Assembly (NCBI GenBank): GCA_044892525.1
Contig: CM097885.1
Location: 35,714,001 to 35,778,000 of the forward strand
Source: Schmidtea polychroa
Lineage: Eukaryota
Direction of reading: 5' to 3'
Length of the DNA: 64,000 nucleotides
Below the pieces are notes generated by a model that saw nothing but the letters and a program-made list of their open reading frames with translations, did no database searches and was not told the origin of the DNA. A program made the translations under genes and the position numbers. Of the stretch, positions 11,099 to 21,978 are shown piece by piece (position 1 is the stretch's first letter; every line of letters starts with the position of its first letter).

Positions 11099-11698
11099 AT
11101 GGAAGTACGAAGTCCAGAAGTAAGAGAAAAAAATATTTATCCAGAAATATGGAATCAAGATTTTAAGAATCAAAAACCATCAGCTCCTACAGAACTTGAA
11201 GTCATGAGAGTAAAAGAATTTAAATCAGAGACTTTACATTTACAAGATTTGTTGAAACATTATAAAAAAATTAAAAAAAGATGGAATAAAGGGAATACAG
11301 CTTTAAAGATTATAGGTTATTCTTTAGGATTTACATCTGCAATACTTACAATTGTTTTACCTATAACTTTACCAGTTGTTACTCTTGCACCTGTAATACT
11401 TGGAAGTATTTCTGTAGCAGATACTTTCTTGACTGAAATGGTTTCTTTATCTTATACTTCAAAAAAGAAAAGTTTATATCGTGAAGTTTGTTTGATAATA
11501 GAATTAGGAATCTCTAAATTATTTTTATTTCAACTAAAAGCATTGGAAGATGGAATCTTGACTGATGATGAAATAATGAAATCAAACCAAATAATAAGGG
11601 ATATTAAAAATGAAGTTATAAAGTTGAAAACTGCAAAGGTTAAAAGTAATGAATATTCTAAAAAAATACAACGAGAGAAATGGTTAAAAACGAATTAG
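11099..11698 (+). CDS. Polinton membrane protein with a hydrophobic hairpin and PSAP motif
   Basis: Hydrophobic stretch IIGYSLGFTSAILTIVLPITLPVVTLAPVILGSISV; KALEDGILTDDE; N-terminal IYPEI and PSAP. Confidence 0.65.
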   Translation: MEVRSPEVREKNIYPEIWNQDFKNQKPSAPTELEVMRVKEFKSETLHLQDLLKHYKKIKKRWNKGNTALKIIGYSLGFTSAILTIVLPITLPVVTLAPVILGSISVADTFLTEMVSLSYTSKKKSLYREVCLIIELGISKLFLFQLKALEDGILTDDEIMKSNQIIRDIKNEVIKLKTAKVKSNEYSKKIQREKWLKTN

Positions 11699-11988
11699 TC
11701 AATATTTTAAAAATAAAAAATGGATGAAATTGAAAAAGAAATAAAGTCTTTAATGGACTCTAGGTTGATGGATTTCAAGAGTTTATCACTTGAGGATAAA
11801 ATTAAATTTGGAGAAAAGTATTATATAATTTGTCTTCAAATAATTCAAATAATTATCATAATGATTCAAACCCAAACTATTTAAATGACTTCAAATTATT
11901 AAGTATACAAGATCAAATTGAAAAAGGAGAATATTATTTTGCCTTATTCCCACAACTAATTAAAAAATAAAAAAATAAACATATAAAA

Positions 11989-12441
11989 ATGGATGTCTTT
12001 ATAAAAAAAGTTGAACAACTTTCAGTAGTTGATCCTTCAATATTAAATAAGATTCAACAAAAAGAGAAAGCTTTTGAGTTTGCTAAAGTTAAGAGTGAAA
12101 ATCCTACTTTTTCTCAATCTCAAATTTGTAAAATGATTGGTACTTCAGACTCGACGATGAGAAGAATTAGAAAAGATTTAGGAATTGATTCCCCTTATAG
12201 GCATACAGCTAAAAAGAAGGTTTTAGAAAAAAAGGCTTTTTATTGTACAGATTGTTCAAGTAATGTATCTTCTCAAAATCATAAATGTATCAAGTCTATG
12301 AAATATAAAAGAAATGATCGTATGGCTTCTGGGACAGTAACCTCTGGGATTGATGTAGAAAATTTTTTAGATCAACAACCTTCAACCACTAGGATATTTA
12401 GCAAGTGGGGAGAAGAAAATAAAACCTTAATAAATGAATGA
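11989..12441 (+). CDS. Helix-turn-helix DNA-binding protein with a CxxC..HxC motif
   Basis: ENPTFSQSQICKMIGTSDSTMRRIRKDLG has an HTH pattern; FYCTDC...NHKC follows. Preceded by TATAAAAATG. Confidence 0.65.
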   Translation: MDVFIKKVEQLSVVDPSILNKIQQKEKAFEFAKVKSENPTFSQSQICKMIGTSDSTMRRIRKDLGIDSPYRHTAKKKVLEKKAFYCTDCSSNVSSQNHKCIKSMKYKRNDRMASGTVTSGIDVENFLDQQPSTTRIFSKWGEENKTLINE

Positions 12442-12727
12442 TCGTGTTTTAAGGTTGATAAGAAGTAATCCTATTATTAAAAAGGAATCAAGTCTTGCAT
12501 TAAAAGAATATGATGAGAAATCTCCAAAGGATAAAGCCTTGCATGCCATGCAACTTGCTATTAGAGAGCCTGTGTTACTTTGGATTATAAATGATGTTGA
12601 GATTGAAAGAGATTATCTAAAAAAAGAGTTGATAAAAATATCTAATGAGATTAAAGCTAGAAAGACTTCAGCCAAGGTAGAGCAAGAGAAAATAAAAGAG
12701 CAAGTAAAAAAGATGTTAAAACTGTGA
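12434..12727 (+). CDS. Polinton hypothetical coiled-coil protein (97 aa)
   Basis: Overlaps the stop of the previous gene and starts with TAAATG. Confidence 0.5.
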   Translation: MNDRVLRLIRSNPIIKKESSLALKEYDEKSPKDKALHAMQLAIREPVLLWIINDVEIERDYLKKELIKISNEIKARKTSAKVEQEKIKEQVKKMLKL

Positions 12728-12881
12728 AAGAAAAAATTTTTATTATTGAAGTAGATGGTTTATTTTTTAATTTATACAAACCTTTAATAATATCAATTAA
12801 TAGTGTTTTGGATAAAAGTATTTTGTCGTCAGTTAAGGACTTTAGGTTTTCAAATATTGATTTTAAAGGTATTTCAGTCAT
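12657..12881 (-). CDS. Small Polinton protein with a C-terminal hydrophobic helix
   Basis: Starts with TAAAAATG like the other viral genes. Tail IFSFTVLTSFLLALLFSLALPWL. Confidence 0.4.
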   Translation of the reverse strand: MTEIPLKSIFENLKSLTDDKILLSKTLLIDIIKGLYKLKNKPSTSIIKIFSFTVLTSFLLALLFSLALPWLKSF

Positions 12882-12908
12882 TTTTAAATTACTATTTTAA
12901 AATTTTCA

Positions 12909-12960
12909 GAGGCCTTCAGCCATCAGTCAGCAGTTTCAATCATGGATGACTGAAGGTCTC
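12909..12960. terminator. 16-bp stem hairpin just downstream of the pPolB stop
   Basis: GAGGCCTTCAGCCATC ... GATGACTGAAGGTCTC, 14/16 Watson-Crick pairs, in an AT-rich intergenic gap. Function is inferred. Confidence 0.45.
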
Positions 12961-12969
12961 AATAATATG

Positions 12970-15900
12970 TTATTGTTGATTGATCATGAAACTATCTGTA
13001 TATAAATATTTAGATTCTATGTTTATAGTGTCTAAAATATGATTATTCATATTTATAGGATATTGTTCTATATCTAATTCTAAATATTCATTTCGACTTT
13101 TTGGGTAGAGTATTCGAACTTCATACAGTTGAAGATCTGTTATGTTTGTATTATATAATTCATTCAAGATCTTTAAATTTTTTATATGTGGAATCATGTC
13201 ATTACCAATTGGGAGTGTCTTTTTTAGATCTGATAAAATATACCTCTTATCATCATAATTAGATAATGATATTTTATTCGATTCCTCTAAATACATGTTG
13301 TGTTTCTCAGATTTAAGTTGATGTACTTTTACCATTTTATCTGGTTGATTTTTATTTAGAATATCCTTATAGTCTTGATGTGGTATATTCCTAGAAACTG
13401 ATTTCTGTATACCTTTATTTTTGTTGTCTTTAGATGTTTTAAGTTTTGGAGGTATTAATACTGGTATGTCAAATGTTTGATCCATAATTCTAATTGAATG
13501 TTTTTCTATCTTTAGAGCATCAATCATTTCTAGTGAATATTGTTTAGCCCTAATAAAGACAGCATCAATTATTGGAGTATTTGGTTTTTCATCTTTAAAG
13601 GTGAATAATTCTCCAGATGAATTTATTAAATTGCTTAGGATTTCATTTTCAGATATTTCCTCTTTTAGGTTTTTAGTATATATTTTTAAAAACATGCTGT
13701 CTGTATCCATAGCATGCATAGATATTCTACCCTTAAAATGTGGTAGTAGAATATCATAATAGGTTTCATACATTTGTAGTTTTGATAATTATAAAATGCT
13801 GAAACCTATAAAGATTGGTTTGTTATAAGTCTTTTCACCATTTTTTAGTTCAACAGCTATTAGGTTCTCTGAAAAGACTTCCGCATTTTTAAATGTAGGT
13901 TTTGAAAGCATTCTGTTATATCTTGCAAAATCCTTTGGGCTATTTGTCAACAACTCTACTCGAGTATATTTATCAACATTTTCCATGGTTTTCCCAAAGA
14001 CTGAATTATTTAAAAGCTTATAAATCATGTCTAGGAAAGCATTTCCATTTCTTTTTGCTTCATTCCTAGATTGGATATTTCCCTCTATAAACTTTTTCAT
14101 AAATGGTCTTTGGGAAAACTTTATTATAGAATGGATATTTTTTATTTTCATCCCATGAGAAAGATAAAACTTCAACAACCTATAGTGACAAAGATAATAA
14201 GTTTTATCAGTTTGATCACATAAAAGTTTTGTTGTTGTTGGTCTATCTTGTTGGGATGATAATTCATTGGAATCTACTTTCCTTTTTACTGGAGCAAAAT
14301 GAAAGTATCTAGTAACATATTTTATATCATCGGGGTATTCTAAATCACATTCTATTATATATCCCACTTCTGAATCTTTTTCTGTTGATAATATTTGATT
14401 CATGAGTTTTCTTAGCGAAGTCCCCTTGGGGATATTTATGTATTCAAAGTTTCCAATTGGTAAATATTGAGTCATTACTCCTGAATATAGAGCAGTTGCA
14501 TCAATATACATTATTTCTGATGGATTATTTAAACTCTCCATTATTAATTCAAAATCCTGATCTGTTTTTATTTCTACACCACATGCTTCAGGATCTTCAC
14601 TAAAGAATTTCTTATAGAGGGATAGGAAGTTGTTTGCAGTTATATGTCTATTCCCCATTACGGAACTAACACCTCCTCTAATATTTTCTTTAAGTACATT
14701 AAACATGTCGAGTTCAGTTAATAGTTCTATAACCCCTTTTCTTTAGTCCACATAGTATATATTATATACTATGTGGACTAAAGAAAAGGGGGTTATAGAA
14801 CTATTAACTGAACTCGACATGTTTAATGTACTTAAAGGTCGATCGCGATCTACCGGTAGATCGCGAAGGATTTTTTAGTAGATCTTCATAAAAAAAATAT
14901 TTTTTATATAAATTTAGATTTTATATAAAATTTCTGTTTTATGCTTAAATTTTTTGCCAATTTTCATGTTCTGTGTTCCATTTCTATGGTAATACTAAAT
15001 AACATTTTTTAATTTTGATTTCACCATTTCCAAAATGTTATTTAGTTTAATTTAGTTTAATTAATATTATGTAAGTATTAAAAAAGTAGATCGCATACAC
15101 ATTTTGGATGTGAATGTAGCTCTCCTAGAAAAATTAGTGGGCACCCCTGGTATATAATAATATATCCCAAGCTAGAGATGGGGATGTTATGTAGTTGTAG
15201 GGTTTTAATTCAAATGCCTTGCAAAACCCTTCGAAGCAGTCTGCAAGTATATAAACATCTAGGGATAAATACATGTCAGTATATTCCACAATGTTTTTAC
15301 AGGAGAATAATTCCCACATTTTATTCCCTCGATTATATTCCTGATCACTTATATCTGTTTGATTTAATGTTGAAAAGAATTCCTCTTTCCCTGGTAATTC
15401 TATTTTATTATATCTATCAAATGAGTTGATGTAATCATAAGGATAGATTCTCTTTGCTAAACAGGTTTTATATTCCTCCTGGGGAATATTATTTTTTACT
15501 AATACTTTTTCTATTGTGTGCTTAAAGTCTTCAGGTTTCATAGTCTTTGCTATTCCATCCAAGGACATTGATAGAAAGTTTAGGGAATCTATAAACTTCA
15601 GTCGTCCATATTGAATACATTTATATTTTTCTTTTGTTAGTCCTATGACTTTAAAGGAGTTTTTAGCATTTGCTGCTAAATGCTTTATGAATAGGTGGAT
15701 GTCATATCCAAAAAGATTATGGAATATGACTGGTACAAATGTGGGTTTTCTACAATTTATATTACAGTTGTTATGTGCTGCACCCCTAAAGTTATTTACT
15801 TTTTTAAAGTGATCATGATCAGGAATTTTTCCTTCAGTAAGTGTTTGTTTACACATCCAACAAGTTGTTGCGTTTTCATATTCTTCCCATTGTTGTTCTG

Positions 15901-16869
15901 AAAAGTTTATCCTTTTGGATATATTAATTCATTTTTATATTGCTTATATTTTGTAGGTCTTTCATTATGATTTTCTTGAGGATGTAAGTGTGCTAGTATT
16001 GACCATTGGAAACATTTATTATCCTTATTTCGAATATTTATAATGTGAATAGAAGTAAAGGGGGTAGGGATATATGATTTAGGGTTTGGAGGTGCTCCTC
16101 TCCAATATTCAATTTCAAGTGATTGAAATGAAAGGAATTTTAGGTTTGAGTCTCCTAATTCTTGTTCAACCACTCTATGCTCTTCTCCAACTTTATGAAT
16201 AATATCTTTAATTGTTTTTTTAAATCCCTTGGTTGAGAATAAATAATTATAAGATGTTTCAATAATACGGTCTAGGACTGTTGTGTTTACATCTTCCCCC
16301 CTCCAATATCTTGAGTGGATTCTAATTTTATATTTAATAACATTGAATCTTGATTTACCAAATTTTTTTATAGCATCTTCCATTGATTTTTTTATGTTTT
16401 GTTTATTTCTTTTTATATACTCTAAAGATGAAGAGGATATAAATGGTTGTTCAAATTTATCTACATGGTTAAAGTTATCCCAATTATATTTTTCTTTTTC
16501 AATATGTTCTTCATCTTCTTCTTCTTCTTCTTCTCTAACTTTTATATCTTCTTCTTCAGGGTCTTCAGGATCTCTTTTAACAATAGCACATTGTTTTAAA
16601 TGTTTTAAATAATAAGATTATGTGGTGAGTTTTAATCTACATATAGGACATTCAAATTCTTTTCTATTTCTTTTAACCCCAATACAGTTTTTAAAATGGT
16701 TATCATATCCTAAAAGTAAATATTTTTCTTTACATTTAGGACAAAGTTTTGAGTTTGTATCATTTAGTCCAACTGTCTTTAATAAATGCTCTTTGGATTT
16801 TTGGTGTGATATTAGTGCTCTTCTATTTTTAAAATTTTTATTGCATATTTCAAAGTTGTTAATATTCAT
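12970..16869 (-). pseudogene. Protein-primed family B DNA polymerase with N-terminal Zn fingers, TP-like region and Endonuclease VII domain; disrupted
   Basis: NIRNKDNKCFQWSILA; EndoVII DHDH..FRGAAHNNCN; exonuclease FHNLFGYD, FIDS, YPYDY, LDVYILAD; polymerase IRGG, YIDATALY, KLLNNSVFGK, MDTDS, KQY, KGI. Stops at 16618 and 13789, frameshift at ~15910, insertion at 14762-15149. Confidence 0.95.
14838..15149. mobile_element. hAT (Charlie/SPIN-like) MITE inside pPolB, left TIR missing
   Basis: Right end GTGGGCACCCCTG, followed by GTATATAA. The left flank ends in GTATATA. Subterminal palindrome GATCGCGATCTACCGGTAGATCGCG. Confidence 0.75.
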
Positions 16870-16905
16870 TTTTTAAAAAAATTTTTTATTGGGTATGCTA
16901 TTTTA

Positions 16906-17174
16906 GTTTTTAAAATTTAAATTTTTTATATTTTAGAGTAGTGGATGAATGGCCTTCACGGAGATTACCCTTTTCAAGTTTCCCACTTCAATCACTTTGT
17001 TTCCTTGGTTGGGTTGGAGGGTTGGGTTCGTGTATTTGAGGGTTTTTATGAATAAAAGATGTAAATATAGGGGGTTAAAAGATGAAAAAGTTTAGTTTTT
17101 TAGTATGGATGGGAAGAGTCTTGGGGTTGGAGGCTAGGGAGGGTTGGGTCCGTGAAGGCCATTCATCCACTACT
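16906..17174 (-). repeat. Polinton right TIR
   Basis: Inverted match to 3687-3950; ends ...CATTCATCCACTACT, followed by the TSD. Confidence 0.95.
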
Positions 17175-18204
17175 TACAACAACCAATAATCGGTGCCGAT
17201 TTCTTAACACACTATAACTTACTCGTAGACTGTAGAAACAAAGACTTAGTCGAAAACCCCATCACAAAAACGAAAACAAAACTATCAACAACCAATTACT
17301 TTCCACAAATTGACAATGGAGTAATACAAACTAACCCAACCAATAAAAAAGAAACAATCAATCATAACACTCTAAAGTTAGACAACTAGACCCCAAAAAA
17401 ACCAGAAATCACTAAAGAAATATTTAAAGAACTACTCGACAACAAAATAGTAAGACATTCAAACTCAAAATGGTCTTCCGCACTCATGCTCAAATAAAAG
17501 GCTAATGGGGAATGGAGAGCTTGCGGCGACTACAGAATGCTAAACAAAATCACAGAAGCAGACAATTACACCCTGCCAATAATACGAGATATTATCAACA
17601 GATTAAAAGGGGCAAAGTTCTTCTCAAAAATAGACCTCCAAAAGGCTTACCACCAAATTCCAATCAGGAAAGAAGACATTAAAAAACAGTCATCGTAACA
17701 CCAATTGGCATGTTCGAATAAAACAGAATGCCTTTCGGTTTACGGAATGCAGCTGCAACATTCCAACTCTTCATGGATCAAACCCTAAAAAACAACCAAA
17801 ACACAATCTCATACCTAGACGACATATTGATAGCAAGCTCAAATAAAGAAACACAACTAAACGATGTCGAGAAACTTTTTCAAAACTTCGATACTGAAAA
17901 TCTAAAGATTAACATCCAGAAATGTGAATTCTTTAAAAAGGAAATTGATTTCATAGGACACACATTAAACGAAAGAGGGACAAAACCAATATAAAATAGA
18001 ATAAATACAATACAACAATTCAAACTACCAAACACGATCAGAGAACTAAGACGGTTTTTGGGAATGGTAAACTTTTACCACGCATACATACCAAACTGTA
18101 GCGAAATATTAGCCCCTTTAAGCGAACTAATTAAAACAAAAAGGAATATGAAAATCGACTGGACAGAAAAAACGATCAGAAATTTCGAAATAGCTAAAGA
18201 CAGC
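17175..18204 (+). pseudogene. Gypsy protease C-terminus and reverse transcriptase (degenerate)
   Basis: QPIIGADFL; GEWRACGDYRMLN; FSKIDLQKAYHQI; MPFGLRNAAATFQ; YLDDILIAS; LRRFLGMVNFY. Confidence 0.93.
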
Positions 18205-20164
18205 TGGTGGTTACTTAGGGGTGTGTCATTTTAAATTTTAAATATGTTAGGTGTAATTTAGATATTCTCTCTACTCTTTCCTAAGCACCTCCATGACTAT
18301 TGTACTTTAAACCATTTGTGTACCCATGGCGACGACCATGTTGGTACTGTACACAAGGGTGAAAAACAATGAGCAGGTGAGCTCTATTGCTAAAACTACT
18401 CCCCATTGTATTTTCTCTTCGGGTTCTAGACGGCCGATAGAAGGACTTACGTCATTAGTCATTTTCTATTTCTACTTTCTACTTTTCTATTTTATTCAAC
18501 TATGGTCCTCATATCTGGATATTTTCTATTGTTCCTCTTCAAAATTGTGTGCAGGGAGGCTGCCTTAGTTTTCTGTCATAAATCATTATGTGTTTTTATA
18601 ATATTTGTCGATAAATGTCGTTCCCTATTTTCAGCGGTTCTTGTGAAAAATGTAACTTAATTTTTAAAAATTTAAGTAGGGGTCTGCCCTTATTCTTAAG
18701 TTAGTAAACATGTTTCAACACTTCTCACTGAAATTTGAGCAGGGATCTGCCTGTATTTCCAATCCTGAACTATCGGATATCTTAACCATTCGTGGTTTGT
18801 ATAAGATTGACTAAACCTACTTTATCTACCGACAACTGAACCTATCTATCCTATTATTACTCCTAACTCAGTGATATCTATGAAAATAAAGGTGACTGGG
18901 CCATCATATACGATCTAAATCTAAACAAGGCCCTAAACTATCTCAAATTGACTTTACTCTCTCTAATCGTTATATCTCTATCTATATCCTCTAACCCGAT
19001 GAACCCAACTTACGAAACATCTGTCGACCAACCGCACGTGGTGCCGTCCGTCCACAAACCTCTCCCCATCTGGAGCATCGACACATAAATTCATTATAAA
19101 TTCAATTCAACTACAATTATTATTAAAATTATAACCGAGTCAAAATAAATAAAATACTTATTATTAAAATATTAACGAAAAATAACTTCTATTTAAAATT
19201 TTATTAATTCATAAAATTATATAAGATTACACTTAAAAACATCAGAAAAAAAAATAAAATACCAATATAAATGAAAATCAATTTCAATTTAAAAATTTTA
19301 TTATTTCAAAAAATTAGATAACATTAGACTTAATAAAAATTGCATCTAACATACAAAAAGTCAAATTTACCTTACCGCGATGGCATATACCGACAATTGA
19401 GAGCGCCTGACATGTCTGGTGAAAAGTAAATTTTTGATTGAACAAGTTTTTAAAACTGAAATTTCAATCCGTCTTTATACTGATTGAATTGTATGCCTAC
19501 GCATTCTCTGCTACTATATCCAATTAGAATGCGAGACAATTCTGATTAATTTTTTGCATGCATGTATGAATGTGTGCAATTATATTTATTTTTTAATTTT
19601 ATTAAATTTATTTAAATTTATTTTTTAATTCTAATTTTTATTAATTTTTAAGATTTATTTTTATAAATTCTATAATTTAAATAGTTTTTGCTAATTTTAA
19701 TATAGTTTTACAAGTCTTATAATTTAAATAAGTTTAGTTAGTTTTATTTTAGTTTCATTGATTTAAACAATTTGATTTTATAAATTTTTATAATTTATCT
19801 AATTTTACTACTTTTATTCTACTTTTTATCATTTTCCAGTTTACTAGATAATTTATTTTAAATTTTAAATTTATTTATTTAGAAATTTTTCATATTATTA
19901 ATTAATTTATTACCCATTATTTTATTTATTATTATTTTATTTTTTGTTGTTAGCTATTTCGAATGCGATGTTTCTCCTAATTGTGTTAGTGATCGTAACC
20001 TTTTTTGCGTTCCTTTATTTTATTACCCGGGTCTTATTTATCATCAATGTGTTATGTACTTTAATTTGTATTGATTGGTGTTTTAATTTAACTTGGTGCG
20101 ATTTTTATGTTATATATTTTTGATTCATTAAAACAAGCTCCCGATTCTCGGTTCTAGCCCAACA
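18205..20164. mobile_element. Probable solo LTR (1,960 bp) inserted in Gypsy pol
   Basis: Termini TGGTGG...CCAACA, flanked by CAGC on both sides. Removal restores KDS-LSRATLLGHP. No recognisable coding content. Confidence 0.7.
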
Positions 20165-21823
20165 CAGCTTATCCCGAGCAACCCTGCTGGGACACCCAAA
20201 TCCAGAATTAGACTACAATTTAGCAATAAACTGTTCGAGTTTCGCAATGGGGGCAACGCTATATCAAGAAAACCAGTTCGGTAAACAACCTGTCGGATTC
20301 TTTTCAAAAAAACTAAAAATACACCAAACCCGGCATTCAACTTTTGACCGGGAACTCCTTGCGATACATGATGCCATAAAAGATTTGCAACACCTACTGG
20401 AAGCCCGGAATTTTAAAATCCTTACCAATCATAAACCGTTAACAAACGCAATACAAATGAAAAATCCATCACCAGGCAGATAAGACAATTTAATTTCATT
20501 TCACAGTTCAATTGCACGATCGACTACATCGCAGGACCAGCAAACATTGCAGCAGATACACTATCGAGGATTGAAACAGACATAAACACACTGCAATTCA
20601 GTGAAATTATCGAAACCGAACAGATTAAAAATAAACAAGAAAAACCCTTAACGAACTACCAACGAAACATAGCCTATAACTAAAAGAAAATAGACAAAAT
20701 CTGGTATGACATCAGCAATGAAAATTCCCCAAGACTCTTGATACCAACAGAATTCAGAAACACATGTATTTTAAAAGTACATAACCTCAAACACCCAGGA
20801 AACAGAGCTACGTACGAAATAATCCATAATAAATATATATGGCAGAATATGAGAAGAGAAATAAAAAACTTCGTGAAAACATGCAAAAACTGCCAGATTA
20901 ACAAAGCATCAAAAAGGTTAACAACACAAAAAGTAAATTTTCCAACAACTCAACCATTCGATATGATACATATTGATATAGTAGAACCACTAGCACCCAA
21001 CAACGGCTATCGATACCTGCTTAACATAATAAATAGAAAAACAAACTGGTTCGAAGTCAGTCCACTCAAAAAAATAACAGCAAAAACATATGCAACAACT
21101 TAGAATTCAATTGGATAGCCTACTACGGTCAACCAAAAACCATACTCACCGATCAAGGAATACAAACCGAATCACAGCTTTTCGAAATACTTTGCAAAAA
21201 ATATAACATCAAAAGAAACAGAACAACCGCCTGCAATCTCCAGGCGAACGGGAAAATCGAAAGGTTGCATAGAATAATTAAAGAAAGTATAAGCTCAAAA
21301 GCTGAAGGCAGAAATTGGTTAGAACAATTACCAACAATACTACTGGGACTAAGAAACACTCCAAATTCAATAGATAGCGAAAGTCCCGCATACAAAGTTT
21401 TTGACATAGGAACAAATATACCTTCGCTAAAACTAATTGCGAAAACAACAAAAATACAATAAAACAAACAACAAACGAGATTAACAAACTTGATCAAAAG
21501 AAAGACAAAAAAACAAAACAAGTGGTAAAACAGCCTTAACCACAGACTACGTGTTAGTAAAAAAGCGATTTACAAAAGGTTTTGAATCAAAATACGAAGG
21601 GCCATACAAACTACTAGAACTAAATAAAAATGTGACCACGATACTCAAAAATAACCAAGAAATGCGAATAAATATTCACAGATTAAAACACTACCACCAA
21701 GAAGATCCATACTACTACAATACAACAAACAACAACGATCAAACAAAACAAGAACTCATTCCAATCAACAAACATGAATCATTACAAGATCCCAATAAAA
21801 ACTCCCCCACACTAAAGATATAG
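20165..21823 (+). pseudogene. Gypsy RNase H and integrase (degenerate)
   Basis: PVGFFSKKL..STFDRELLAI, TNHKPL; HNLKHPG..C..CQ Zn finger; IHIDIV, TDQG, ERLHR; YEGPYKLL (GPY module). Confidence 0.92.
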
Positions 21824-21978
21824 AAGAAGCTGTACAGTGACTGTTTCAAATCAAACACCATGCACAAAAACTAAAATCAAATAAAAAATGGTATTATGTA
21901 CAACTTTTATGTTTTATCTATCGTTTGGTTGTAACACACAAACCACTCTACATAACAAAATACAAATAAATGTAAATA

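Larger units (their letters stand above)
3687..17174. mobile_element. Polinton/Maverick (adintovirus-like) endogenous virus, 13,488 bp
   Basis: TSD TACAAC at 3681-3686 and 17175-17180. TIRs begin AGT(AGT)GGATGAATGG. Encodes pPolB, rve integrase, ATPase, adenain, major and minor capsid proteins. Confidence 0.97.
2139..21823 (+). mobile_element. Degenerate Ty3/Gypsy LTR retrotransposon (CsRn1-like), interrupted by a Polinton and a solo LTR; 3' end truncated
   Basis: Order gag, protease, RT, RNase H, integrase. Removing both insertions restores the reading frames. A possible 5' LTR (TGTT..AACA, 2139-2306) is followed by a degenerate PBS-like TGTTGGGTCAGAAAGT; these boundaries are tentative. Confidence 0.85.
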
